Position numbers and translations under genes: made by a program. The notes below the pieces were generated by a model that saw only the letters and a list, made by a program, of their open reading frames with translations, was not told the DNA's origin and did not search any database. This document shows, one piece after another, positions 50,450 through 61,421 of a DNA stretch of 64,000 nt (its first letter is position 1; every line of letters begins with the position of its first letter). The DNA comes from an uncultured Gemmatimonadales bacterium. GTDB taxonomy: Bacteria; Gemmatimonadota; Gemmatimonadetes; Gemmatimonadales; Gemmatimonadaceae. The stretch covers positions 32,001 through 96,000 of the forward strand of contig CAVPQB010000004.1 of the NCBI GenBank assembly GCA_963707505.1, in the 5' to 3' direction.

Positions 50450-50780
50450 GCGAAAGGCGGGGATGACGCCTTTCTCATCCCCGCATCTCGCCCGTCATCT
50501 CCCGCGGTCTGGTTGAATCCGCGCCGGTCCGCGCGCCGGATGGCGAGGCGAGCGCGGCCACTCGGGGGACGGTGGTTACCGTTCTTCACCGCCGCTAGTA
50601 GCTTTTCATGCTCGCCGAACGTTTCCCCCGGAATCATCGAGGGACGCGTACTATTTGCGTCCAGTGAATACATCTCCCGGGAGACGGCCATCGTGCCACC
50701 CGAAATCGCAGTCGGTACCGCGAAGGCGTGATCACTAATCACGCGTCGATGGGTGAACGCTGTGCGCATGGCAGCTCGCA

Positions 50781-51353
50781 GTGACGGATCGTACGATTTC
50801 TGATCGCGAGCTGGCGCAAGCGCTACTGCGTGAGATGTCGCTGCATGGCGGTGATTACGCCGGAAAGCATTCTGACAGACATGTCTGTGAGTCTGCGACC
50901 GGTCCCGTTGGCGAGCGCGGCGAAAGTTCCGGAAACGCGTCGGACGCACATGCTGTCCTTATCAGCGCTGAGCTGGTGCTGGAGCGATTGCAGAAGCATC
51001 TCCTCGGCTGGTTTGGGCCTGACGGACTGGATGCGCTGCTGATGCGCGCGCTCGAGCGGGCGCGCATATCGCATCCGATACTCGCTCGCGCCCAGCGTAC
51101 TGCGCCCGGCACCCTTCGCCTGGCCGACATCACTGCTGCGGTTGCAGCGGAGCCCGGTCTGGACGCAACGCTCGACAGCAATGAAGTCATCGAAGGAGCC
51201 GTGGCTTTGCTGGCTGCGATTCTTGCGTTGATAGGTCGTCTCATCGGCGATGACATGATGCAGCATCTTGTAAGGCAGATCTGGCCAACGCTACCTGATG
51301 ATGTGTCATCTACGGGTGATAGCACCAACAACAACGAGAGGTCGGGCAAGTGA
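50781..51353 (+). CDS. Hypothetical helical protein coupled to the KaiC-like gene
   Basis: GPDGLDALLMRAL..HP, LIGRLIGDD; GTGA overlap with next gene. Confidence 0.7.
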   Translation: MTDRTISDRELAQALLREMSLHGGDYAGKHSDRHVCESATGPVGERGESSGNASDAHAVLISAELVLERLQKHLLGWFGPDGLDALLMRALERARISHPILARAQRTAPGTLRLADITAAVAAEPGLDATLDSNEVIEGAVALLAAILALIGRLIGDDMMQHLVRQIWPTLPDDVSSTGDSTNNNERSGK

Positions 51354-53071
51354 GTGAGCCGAACGGGGTGCACCCACCCATCCAACGGGATGCTCCGAAG
51401 CGCGTAACGATCCGACAGCTTGCGACGGGAGTACCGGGTCTGGACGAGGTTCTGGGCGGCGGGATACCCGAATTTTCGTTCAACATGATCGCTGGCGCGC
51501 CGGGCACGGGCAAGACTACACTGGCGCAGCAGATCATGTTCGCCAATGCAACACCGGAGCGACCGGCATTGCACTTCACTGTGCTTGGCGAGCCACCGAT
51601 AAAGATGCTGCGATACCAGCAGCAGTTCGATTTCTTCGACATGTCGCGCGTGGGCACGGAGGTTCGCTTCCTGAACATGAGCGAGGAAGTACTGGAGCGC
51701 AATCTCGACGTCGTATTCGATCGCGTGGTGAGCGAGGTGGAGCGCGCGAATCCCGGAATCGTCGTGGTCGATTCGTTCCGCACGGTAATACGCAGCAGTG
51801 AGCGTGGGTCGACCGAGCTGGATCTGCAACACTTCGTGCAGCGTCTCGCGCTCCGGCTGACCAGCTGGGAAGCGACGACGTTCCTGCTCGGCGAATACGG
51901 CGAAGCGGAATCGCGGAGTCCGGTATTCACGGTCGCCGACGGCGTGTACTGGTTGTCGAACGAGGTCGAGCGCAACGCCACGGTTCGCAAGATGCGCGTG
52001 ACGAAGATCCGCGGGCAGGCTGGGCTGCCGGGACTGCACACGCTGCGAATCACGAGTGCTGGTGTCGAAGTCTATCCGCGGCTGACGCGGCCCGCTCCGA
52101 ACGGGGGGCGTCGCGAGCTGGGAAAGCGACTCTCGACCGGAATCGGGGAGCTGGACGCAATGACGGGCGGCGGAATTCCGGCCGGCGATTCGGTCCTCGT
52201 TTCGGGCCCGACGGGTTCCGGCAAGACGGTCATCGGAACCCAGTTTGTCGCGGCAGGTGTCGACAAGGGCGAACGGGCAGTGATAGCGATTTTCGAAGAG
52301 CATCCCGATACATACATCGCTCGGGCACAGAACCTTGGCTTCGATTTGCAATCCATGATCGACAAACGGATGCTCGACGTCATGTACCTGCGTCCGCTCG
52401 ATCTCTCGGTCGACGAGACCCTGCGCGAGATCGAGGAGCGTGTACGCCGAATCGGGGCGACGCGAGTCGTGGTCGACTCTCTGTCCGGATTCGAGATCGC
52501 ACTTTCTCCAGGATTTCGCCGGGATTTCCGCGAGTCGTTCTACAGGTTGCTGCAGTCTCTGACGGAGCTCAACATCACTGTATTGTCCACGATGGAGACT
52601 TCGGGCGGAACCGATTATCTGCACTTTTCGCCGTACAACATCTCGTTCCTGTCCGACGACATCCTCGCGATGCGCTACATAGAGCTGGATGGCCAGTTGC
52701 GGACAGTGCTCGGTGTCATAAAGATGCGCGGGAGCGAGCACAGTAATGATCTCAGGCTTGCCGAAGTGACGTCGCACGGCCTGCGTATTGGCGAGGCATT
52801 GACGGGCTATCGAGGGATCATCACGGGAGTTCCGGAGCCGCGCTCCGATGGCACGAAGGGCGGGAGGCTCACGAGCATGCAGGAGGCCACGCTCGAAGCG
52901 CTGCTGCGGCGGGGCGAGACATCCGCCGAGGGGCTCGCCGACGCCAGTGGCCTGAGTCTTGACGACGTGAGATTGGCAATCGAGTACCTGGAGAATGCGA
53001 GGTACGTGATAGTTTCCAACCGGGATGGAGTTCCAGTCTATCGGGCGGCGCAGGAATCACTGAAGCAGTAA
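51350..53071 (+). CDS. KaiC-like double RecA ATPase with C-terminal winged-HTH-like domain
   Basis: TGVPGLD, GAPGTGKT, DSF; TGIGELD, GPTGSGKT, FEE, DSLS, ISFLSD, KMRGSEH. Confidence 0.9.
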   Translation: MSEPNGVHPPIQRDAPKRVTIRQLATGVPGLDEVLGGGIPEFSFNMIAGAPGTGKTTLAQQIMFANATPERPALHFTVLGEPPIKMLRYQQQFDFFDMSRVGTEVRFLNMSEEVLERNLDVVFDRVVSEVERANPGIVVVDSFRTVIRSSERGSTELDLQHFVQRLALRLTSWEATTFLLGEYGEAESRSPVFTVADGVYWLSNEVERNATVRKMRVTKIRGQAGLPGLHTLRITSAGVEVYPRLTRPAPNGGRRELGKRLSTGIGELDAMTGGGIPAGDSVLVSGPTGSGKTVIGTQFVAAGVDKGERAVIAIFEEHPDTYIARAQNLGFDLQSMIDKRMLDVMYLRPLDLSVDETLREIEERVRRIGATRVVVDSLSGFEIALSPGFRRDFRESFYRLLQSLTELNITVLSTMETSGGTDYLHFSPYNISFLSDDILAMRYIELDGQLRTVLGVIKMRGSEHSNDLRLAEVTSHGLRIGEALTGYRGIITGVPEPRSDGTKGGRLTSMQEATLEALLRRGETSAEGLADASGLSLDDVRLAIEYLENARYVIVSNRDGVPVYRAAQESLKQ

Positions 53072-53085
53072 AAGAGAGAGCAGAA

Positions 53086-54465
53086 GTGGCAGCTGGGGGA
53101 ATGGCGAACCGCGATGAGTCGACTGCGGGGGTCAAATCCGAGACCGAGGTGAGCATCGGACGGAGCGGCCTGGGCGACACGCCAGCGCGTGTGCCGTCGG
53201 CTGGAAGCGTGCCGGACTGCTCCGCTGCTGCGGCCGCGAGCCTTGGCACCTCTGAGGATGTGGCCGCCGGCATAAGCCAGCACGCGGACAGCTGCCCGCT
53301 CGGGATCGTCGTAACGTCGGGAGACGACGGCGTAGTAAGCTACGCCAACAGATCGTTCCGGCGGCTTGCAGGCGCCGAGGATCGTGTTGTACTCGGCGTA
53401 AAATTCTTCGATGCGTTCCCGTTGCTCGGCAGCGGATATGTTCGAAACGTGATTTCAGACGCGTTGAAGAACGGATGTGCGCAGCCTACGGAAATCGACT
53501 TGGAGTCGCCGCTGCACGCGCCGACGAACGACTCTGCGCCGCACTGTCTCCTGCGGATATCCTCGGTCGAAGCACATACGAATGCACTCCTTGTGCAGAT
53601 TCGCGAGGCGAAGGAAGACAACACACACGACGCAACGCATGCGGCTCTGAACAGCGAGCTGGTGAACGTCAATCAGCGACTGATAGTGGCGGCACTGCGC
53701 GAGCAGGAGCTCAAGGAGCGCGCCGAGGCCGCGAGCAACGCCAAGTCGGCGTTCATGGCGACGATGTCACACGAGTTGCGCACACCGCTGAATGCGATCA
53801 TCGGATACGCCAGCCTGCTCGACGAAGAAATCTGGGGACCGATTCAGGCCGAGCAGCACGCTCATCTCGAGCGACTCAAGATGAGTGCACGACACCTTCT
53901 TGGGTTGATCAATGACGTGCTCACGCTAGCGCGCGTCGAGGCCGACAAGGAAATCGTTCGCACGGAGGACGTCTACGCCGGCTCGCTGCTGGATGAGACG
54001 CTCGCGCTCACGATGCCGCTCATCGCTGAGAAGCACCTCGGGGTCTCGGTAAAGCTCGACAGTCAGTTCACCGTTCATACCGATCACGGCAAGCTGCTTC
54101 AGATACTCGTCAATCTGATAAGCAACGCGGCGAAGTTTACGAGCCGCGGCGAGATCACGCTAATGGCAGGTGTTCGCGGACGGGAGGCAGAGTTCAGCGT
54201 TAAGGACACCGGCATGGGTATTTCGGAGGAGCATCTGTCACACGTCTTCGACATGTTCTGGCAGGCGGACCAGAATCTCACGCGTCGCGAGGGCGGATCC
54301 GGTCTCGGTCTGAACGTCGCGCGGAGACTCGCGTGGCTACTAGGCGGTCAGCTCGTCGCGAAGAGCACACTCGGCGAGGGGAGCACATTTTCTGTCTGCA
54401 TTCCCCTCGAGCCACGCGGCGATGGGGACGAATCCGCAATCCCCTACCAGTCGGTCGGCAGGTAG
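53086..54465 (+). CDS. Cytoplasmic sensor histidine kinase (PAS-like + HisKA + HATPase; start uncertain)
   Basis: [30 protein letters not shown]; no TM segment. Confidence 0.92.
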   Translation: MAAGGMANRDESTAGVKSETEVSIGRSGLGDTPARVPSAGSVPDCSAAAAASLGTSEDVAAGISQHADSCPLGIVVTSGDDGVVSYANRSFRRLAGAEDRVVLGVKFFDAFPLLGSGYVRNVISDALKNGCAQPTEIDLESPLHAPTNDSAPHCLLRISSVEAHTNALLVQIREAKEDNTHDATHAALNSELVNVNQRLIVAALREQELKERAEAASNAKSAFMATMSHELRTPLNAIIGYASLLDEEIWGPIQAEQHAHLERLKMSARHLLGLINDVLTLARVEADKEIVRTEDVYAGSLLDETLALTMPLIAEKHLGVSVKLDSQFTVHTDHGKLLQILVNLISNAAKFTSRGEITLMAGVRGREAEFSVKDTGMGISEEHLSHVFDMFWQADQNLTRREGGSGLGLNVARRLAWLLGGQLVAKSTLGEGSTFSVCIPLEPRGDGDESAIPYQSVGR

Positions 54466-56015
54466 TCTTTCAGGAATTTCCCCCACACATGCTCGCCGGT
54501 GTTGATGCCTGCGATGATCGGATCGACGATACGCGCGGCGCCGTCCACGATATCCAGCGGCGGATGAAACCCGTGCTCGGCGGTCTTTCGTGCGGCGATG
54601 TCGGCTGGATCTTCGTCGGTCACCCAACCCGTATCTACTGCGTTCATGTGGATGCCGTCACGGTGATAATCTGCAGCAGCGGTACGCGTCATCATGTTGA
54701 GCGCCGCCTTGGCCATGTTGGTATGCGGATGGCGTGTCGTCTTGAACGTTCTGTAAAATTGTCCTTCGACTGCGGACACGTTGACGATGTGCTTGTCGCG
54801 GTCCGGAGTGCGCATCATCAGTGGTTTCAGGCGCGCGTTGATGATGAACGGCGCGACTGCGTTGACCAGATGCACTTCGAGCAATTCGACGGACGGCACT
54901 TCGGCCATCAACATGCGCCACGAGTTGCGCTCGCGGAGATCGATCTGCTGCATGTCCTGGTCCAGTCTTCCATCGGGGAATAGCGCGCGCTGAGCTGCCT
55001 CCTCATCGGGGAGAAGTTTGATCTGCGACAGCTCCGCGGCGTGAGTGAGGCCGGCGAACTCCGACGTGCGCGCACCGATTACGGCGGGCACGGTAGCGCC
55101 GGGCTCGATAGCGCCGGGCTCCGCCTCGGGTAGCATGTGATACCCGCGCAGTCCCTGGTATTCACCGAGCAGCCTGCGGGATTTTTCCGGCAGAGTATGG
55201 AGCGCCGCGGTTTCGCCTTCCATCATGTGCTCGTAGAACGCGGGCGGCCGGCGCACTGTCTGGCAGGCGTTGTTGATTATGAAATCCAGCCGATCGCGCG
55301 TGCGCAGCATCTCGGCGCAGAATGCCTCGACGCTCGGCGTGTGGCGCAGGTCGAGTCCGTAGATCGTGAGCCGATCGCTCCACGTTGCAAAGTCCCGCTC
55401 CTGTGCGTAGCGCGCTGCAGAGTCTCGCGGGAAGCGCGTGGTGACTATGAGATGCGCGCCTGCACGCAGCAGCTTGATGCCGGCCTGATATCCGATCTTG
55501 ACCCGTCCGCCGGTGAGCAGCGCGACGCGGCCGCGCAGATCGGCCGACTCCGTACGTTTCGCAAAATTCAGCGCGGCGCACGATGGACAGAGCTGATCGT
55601 AGAAATGGTGCATCGTCGAGAAATCGTTCTTGCAGACGTAGCAATTCTGCGGCTCGACCGCTTCGCGGAAATCGGGATCGTCTTCGATGTCGTGTTGCTC
55701 GAACGGTGCTGGCGGAAAGACATTCGGTGTCATGAACACCGTTTCGCGGCGGAGCTTGCGAATGCCGGTGTTGGACAGGACCGTCTCCGCGCGATTCGCC
55801 TTCGCGATTTTGCGCTCGCGCTTGGTCGCCTGTACGAGCCGGCGGCGGTCGATGGCATCAGGGCGGGAGACGCGGCCGGCGGCGTGTAACAGCCGCGTTC
55901 TGTCAGCTTCTGGTAGGCCGGCGAGCAACGAGCGGTCGCTGGCTATCGATTCGAGCAACTCGGCGGCATCGCGGAGACGGTCGGCGAGATTGGGTTCACG
56001 TGGGGTGTCGGACAC
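54444..56015 (-). CDS. SDR oxidoreductase with N-terminal CxxC..CxxC
   Basis: [30 protein letters not shown]. Confidence 0.88.
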   Translation of the reverse strand: MSDTPREPNLADRLRDAAELLESIASDRSLLAGLPEADRTRLLHAAGRVSRPDAIDRRRLVQATKRERKIAKANRAETVLSNTGIRKLRRETVFMTPNVFPPAPFEQHDIEDDPDFREAVEPQNCYVCKNDFSTMHHFYDQLCPSCAALNFAKRTESADLRGRVALLTGGRVKIGYQAGIKLLRAGAHLIVTTRFPRDSAARYAQERDFATWSDRLTIYGLDLRHTPSVEAFCAEMLRTRDRLDFIINNACQTVRRPPAFYEHMMEGETAALHTLPEKSRRLLGEYQGLRGYHMLPEAEPGAIEPGATVPAVIGARTSEFAGLTHAAELSQIKLLPDEEAAQRALFPDGRLDQDMQQIDLRERNSWRMLMAEVPSVELLEVHLVNAVAPFIINARLKPLMMRTPDRDKHIVNVSAVEGQFYRTFKTTRHPHTNMAKAALNMMTRTAAADYHRDGIHMNAVDTGWVTDEDPADIAARKTAEHGFHPPLDIVDGAARIVDPIIAGINTGEHVWGKFLKDYLPTDW

Positions 56016-56070
56016 AGTGTAAAGTTAACGGCGCGTACGCACCGCCGGCTGCATTCCCGACACGCGTTCT

Positions 56071-57367
56071 TCAACCCTGCAACCATCCGCCCGCGAACTT
56101 TGCGCGACGCAACCCGGTAACTATGTACGGGCAGTTGCGCATCAGTTTCCAGATCAGCTCCGTCCGATAGTTCTCGATCATCAACACGATCGGGCCCTGG
56201 TTGATTCCGCAGTGGCCCGCGGAGATCCATCCTGCCGTTTCAGCGTTCTTGATGGGGTAGGTCCGGTTGAACGACGTCTTGAAGCCGTACGGATTGGGAT
56301 CCATCAATTTTAATTGATCGAATTGCTGGATCGCCGGCAGCACGATGTCGGGTGCGAAGGGAAGCGACGCGACGACGGCCCAAGGGGCGATCGTACCGTC
56401 GTCCGGGCCGTAGGGCGCACCGCGCGAGAGGTAGTCGTAGAAGCGTCGCTCGACGCCATCGACCTCGCATTTGATCCAGCCGGGTCCATCGCTCGCAGTG
56501 AAACCCCAGCAGTTCTCGCCATAGCCTGTGAATCCCATGGGATTGCGGGTAGCGTATTCGCGTTGGACGTGTGTAGCTCGACCGCTATTCTCGAAGTAAT
56601 CGGATTGCTTGCTCTGCATGTACGCATCGCGGATACCACGAAAGTCGACCCAGATGTGTGACAGCTGATGCGTGAACAACGGACCGGAATACAACAATTC
56701 CGTTCCGTAGATCTTCTTCCACTTGTAGGTAGATGCCCACGCCGTGTAGGTCTCTTCCGGCAGCGGGTGCGTCGGCGAGCCAAGACCGAGTATGTAGAGC
56801 AGGAGTGCCTCGCTGTAGCCTTGCCAGCGATAGCGTATGAAGCCGCGCTCGGGCGTCCATCCGTGCGATACCGTAGGCGCCGCCGTTGAGCATCCACTGC
56901 CAGTCGGCACGCTCGTTGAGTTCTTTCGCGAGCGCACGGATCTCATTCTCCTCGGGCGTGTCGAGCGTGAAATATTCCGCGGAAGTCAGCATACCGGCGA
57001 GGAGAAACGCGGAGTCGACTGACGACAACTCGGAGTTCCAGGCACGACGTCCGGTCTGCATGTCAAGAAAGTGGTAGAAGAATCCCTTGTATCCGGTCGC
57101 GCTCCTTTCGGTGCTCTGGGTGCTGTTCGCGAAAAAACGCAAGCATGCGAGCGTTCGCCGGATGGCGTCGTCCCGCTCGATGTATCCCCGCTCGACGCCG
57201 ACGGGATAGGATGCAAGGGCGAGCCCCGTTCCTGCGATGCTCGATGGGCCGCCTGTGTCCGTCCGGTCACGTACAAGACCGTTGGCGAGGTTGGCCTCGT
57301 TGACGAAATACATGAATGTCTTTCGCTGCAACCTGTCGAGCAGCCTGTCGTGATCGGGTGTGGACAT
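56071..57367 (-). CDS. Glucoamylase-family (GH144/DUF3131-like) glycoside hydrolase; frameshift near 56877
   Basis: NGLVRDR, GFFYHFLD, ELSSVDS / GWTPE, YSEALLLYILG, PLFTHQLSH, GINQGP. Confidence 0.85.
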
Positions 57368-57693
57368 GGCGTTACGTTGAAGTTTGGATCAGCGGCAACC
57401 ATGAGCCGCGGCTCATGCCGGATCGTGTGCGGATAACGTCTTAGAATTCCACTCGAGAGCATGTAATCGAAGATGCGACAGCCGAACTGCGGTGTGTTGA
57501 GTGCCGCCATCGGCACCATCGTCATGCAATGATGAACGAGAGCAACGCCGCAGTGAGGCATAATGTGCACCACGCAGGAAATACCGCCATTGGAGTGCTA
57601 CGAGCCGAGCGCGGCGTCCGACACGGGCAGCGAACACGCGAGGGACTGCACATCGTTCACTTTGTAAAACTGCCGCTCGACGAGGAGGCGAAA

Positions 57694-57709
57694 CGGCATA
57701 ATTGATGCA
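57694..57709 (+). promoter_or_regulatory. Candidate sigma54 promoter of the act operon
   Basis: CGGCATAATTGATGCA (GG-N10-GC), about 40 bp before actA. Confidence 0.5.
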
Positions 57710-57747
57710 CCCTGCTCGACCGTTGTACTCCACACACCGCGTAGGCG

Positions 57748-58398
57748 ATGACTGCCCTCTTTCCTTCATGGGCCACGCGAGCGGCGCGTATCGTTCTGGC
57801 TGTCGGGATCACTGCGCTCGTCGTGACACCACTGTTCGCCATGGTATGGGTTCGTACGCCGTTTGCGCGCGGTGAGGATCTGCACATCACCCAGCCGGTT
57901 CCGTTCGATCATCGTGTTCACGTGAATGGACTGAAAATCGATTGCCGTTATTGCCACGCCGGCGCCGACCGTGGCGCGTGGGCGGGGTTGCCGGCGACGT
58001 CGCAGTGTGTGTCCTGTCACACGCAGACGTGGATCGCGAGCAGTGCGTTCGCGCCGGTGCGAAAGAGCCTTGCAACAGGCCGTCCGATTCCGTGGCGTCG
58101 CGTGAACGAGCTGCCAGACTTCGTTTACTTCAATCACGCGATTCACGTCAACAAGGGCGTGGGTTGCGAGACGTGTCACGGCCGGATCGATCAGATGGCA
58201 CAGGTGAGGCAGGCGGTGCCGCTCACCATGGGATGGTGTCTCGGCTGTCATGTCGATCCGCAGCCGAATCTCAGGCCGCTCAACGCGGTCACGACAATGG
58301 GATGGACCGCTACCAGGTCGGATAGCGCGACGATGCGAACGCTGGTCGCCGACTACCGCGTGAAGCGGTTGACGAACTGCACCACCTGTCACCGCTAG
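57748..58398 (+). CDS. actA: Alternative complex III pentaheme cytochrome c ActA
   Basis: Five CxxCH motifs; QPVPFDH; LPDFVYFNH. Confidence 0.93.
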   Translation: MTALFPSWATRAARIVLAVGITALVVTPLFAMVWVRTPFARGEDLHITQPVPFDHRVHVNGLKIDCRYCHAGADRGAWAGLPATSQCVSCHTQTWIASSAFAPVRKSLATGRPIPWRRVNELPDFVYFNHAIHVNKGVGCETCHGRIDQMAQVRQAVPLTMGWCLGCHVDPQPNLRPLNAVTTMGWTATRSDSATMRTLVADYRVKRLTNCTTCHR

Positions 58399-58402
58399 GC
58401 GA

Positions 58403-61400
58403 ATGCGCGAGAACGATCGGAACGCTGAATCCGCTTCGGCCGAATTTCCAAACTCCGCGCTGAGTGCGCCGGACGGTATGACTCGCCGCGACTTCGTCAC
58501 GCTACTCGGTGCGAGTGTCGCGCTGGCCGGACTTGGTGCATGCGTGCGTGAGCCAGCTGAGAAGATCCTGCCGTACGTACACGGATCGCCGGACGTGATT
58601 CCCGGTGCCGCCCTTCATTTCGCTACGTCGATGACGCTCGACGGCTATGCGACCGGCCTGCTCGTGACGAGCCATGGTGGGCGCCCGACCAAAATCGAGG
58701 GAAACCCGGACCACCCTGCAAGTCTCGGCGCCGCGGGGGTTTTCGAGCAGGCTTCCGTACTCCAGCTGTACGATCCACACAGAGCGCGCTACGTGCAAAA
58801 CGGGAATCGGCGTGGCTCATGGCGGGCGCTGGCCGAGGTACTTTCACCAGCGTCGCTGAGAAAGCGCGCAGGCGAGCGGGGCGCCGGACTGGCCCTGCTG
58901 CTCGAGCCGACGGCATCGCCTCTGATCGCAGCAAGGATCGCGCGAGTGCGCGATGTGTTTCCGGACGTACGCACGTACTTTCACTCTCCACTGGCGAATG
59001 CCGGAGCAACGCGCGCCGCCGTCGAGGTGCTCGGCGGACCGCTCGTAGCGCAGCACGATTTTCGGAACGCGGACGTCGTAGTGTCGCTCGGTGCGGATTT
59101 CTGCGCGTCGGGTCCGTTCAATCTTCGCTATGCGCGAGAGTTCGGCGAACGGCGTCGCGAGACTTCGCGAGGCGCGAGCGCGCTGTACGTCGCGGAATGC
59201 TCGCCATCGCCGACCGGCACGCTTGCTGACCGTCGCATCGCTGCGTCACCCGCTGCGATGGATCGCGTGGCAGCGGCTCTTCTCGCGACACGTCGCGCGC
59301 GACTCGCGATTCGCGGCGCGTGTTCCCCCGAGAATGGTGGAGAGCAACGCCGAATCAAACGATCTCACGCAGTCGGAACGCGCGTGGGTGATTGCCGCGG
59401 CGGACGACCTTGCCGCGCATCGGGGGCGTGGCATCGTGATCGCGGGGGCGCAGCAATCCGCGGAGACACATGCGATTGCTCACGCAATCAACGCAGTCGT
59501 TGGAAACGCCGGAAGCACGATCAGATATACCCGGTCGCCAATACTCGATGCAGGTGAGCGAAGTCACGATGTCGCGGCACTCAGTTCCGATCTGAGAGGC
59601 GGCGGGATCGACACGTTGCTCATTCTGGAAGGCAATCCGGCATACTCGGCGCCGGCCGACGTCGCATTCGTGACCGCAGTGCGCGGCGTTCGCAATTCGG
59701 TGTATCTGGGATTGTACGACAACGAGACCGCGCGCGAAACTACGTGGTTCGTGCCGAGCGCGCACTACCTCGAGTCGTGGGGCGACGGGCGTGCATACGA
59801 CGGGACAGCGTCGCTGGTACAACCGCTCATAGCGCCGCTGTATGACGGGCATACGGTTGCCGAAGTGCTCGCGCTCGTGGCAGGTGAGACTGGTGCGAGT
59901 GCGTACGATCTGGTGCGTCGCTCGTGGAGCGCGAATCCTGGCGCGCCGTCAGCGTTCGATTCATGGTGGAGCGAGTCGCTCGTGCGCGGTACCATTGCCG
60001 GTACGGCCTGGCCGGAAAGCACGGCGGTGATTCGATGGGACGCCGTCCGTGCCGCGCACGCGAAGCTCGGAACGCAGAAGACGCGCGAGCAGATCGCGAT
60101 CAATTTCGTCGCGAGTCCCGCGGTACATGACGGACGATTCGCTGACAACGGCTGGCTGCAGGAGCTACCCGATCCAGTTACGAAACTCACCTGGGACAAC
60201 GCGGCACTGATGGCTCCGGCACTCGCGACGCGGCTCGGTATTTCGCGCGGAGACGAAGTCGAGCTCAGGCTGCGCGAGCGCGCGCTCAAAGTTCCGGCGC
60301 TGATCGTTCCCGGTCACGCGGATTATACGGTAACTCTCGCGCTGGGATACGGCAGGAGCGGCGCCGAGGCGGTTGCACGTGACGTGGGCGTCAATGCAAA
60401 CATGATTCGTACATCCGCGGCACCGTTCGCGGATGCCGATGTCGTCGTCACGCGAACGGGTGTGCATCGCAATCTTGCGATCACTCAGGAACACTGGTCG
60501 TTGGAAGGTCGTGGTGGGGACATACTTGGCGTTGTCACCGCGTCGCCGCCATCAAAGCCACAGCCGGCACAGAGCTCCAGGGCCGCAGAGGCGACGGCGC
60601 CGCCGCGAAAGCGCCGCCCGCTCACGTTGTATGAGCCGCCTGCGCCCTCCGCGAATGGCTTCGGAGCCGATCAGTGGGCGATGGTGATCGATCTCAATAC
60701 GTGCACTGGATGCGGGGCATGCGTGGTTGCATGCCAGGCCGAGAACAACATTCCCGTCGTCGGTCGTGACGGAGTGCTCAAGAGCCGCGAGATGCAGTGG
60801 CTGCGGATCGATCGCTATGTGGAAGGGCCGCCGGAGGAGCCGCAGGTATCGGTCCAACCGATGCTGTGCCAGCAGTGCGAGAAGGCCCCGTGCGAGTACG
60901 TATGTCCGGTGGATGCCACAGTGCACAGCGATGACGGACTCAACGAGATGGTTTACAACCGCTGCGTTGGGACGCGCTTCTGCTCCAATAATTGTCCGTA
61001 CAAGGTACGGCGGTTCAACTGGTTCGACTACAACGGGGAGATCGCGGAAACCGAACGAATGGTGAAGAACCCTGAAGTGACTGTTCGGGCTCGCGGAGTG
61101 ATGGAGAAGTGCACCTTTTGCGTTCAGCGAATTCGCACGGCGCAGATCGACGCGCAGCTGGCGGACGAGCCGCGCACGGGGCCTGTCATGACCGCGTGCC
61201 AGCAGACCTGTCCAACCGGTGCAATCATATTCGGCTCGCTCACCGATCCGTCGAGCGAGGTTTTGCGGCTGCGCGACGATCCGCGTTGTTTCTCCGCCCT
61301 GGATCAGCTGGGCACGGTGCCGCGGGTGAGATATCTGGCGCGCGTTCGCACTGGCGAGGCTGTGGCGTTCGACGAGTCTGGCGAATCCGGCGAGTCCGGC

Positions 61401-61421
61401 GATGACCGAAATGACGGGTGA
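58403..61421 (+). CDS. actB: ACIII ActB (molybdopterin-oxidoreductase-like + Fe-S); frameshift near 59288
   Basis: Tat TRRDF plus lipobox; [54 protein letters not shown]. Confidence 0.92.

Noticed and set aside
50855..52777. 640-aa minus-strand ORF
   Set aside because: Antisense shadow of the KaiC-like gene with no motifs; the same applies to other long shadows such as 45164-46276 and 43602-45098
51350..53071. A true circadian clock
   Set aside because: No kaiA or kaiB in the window, and the ST phosphosite pair is not conserved
58403..59557. Naturally split actB1/actB2
   Set aside because: The break is mid-domain and a single indel restores one ORF; it fits the window-wide error pattern
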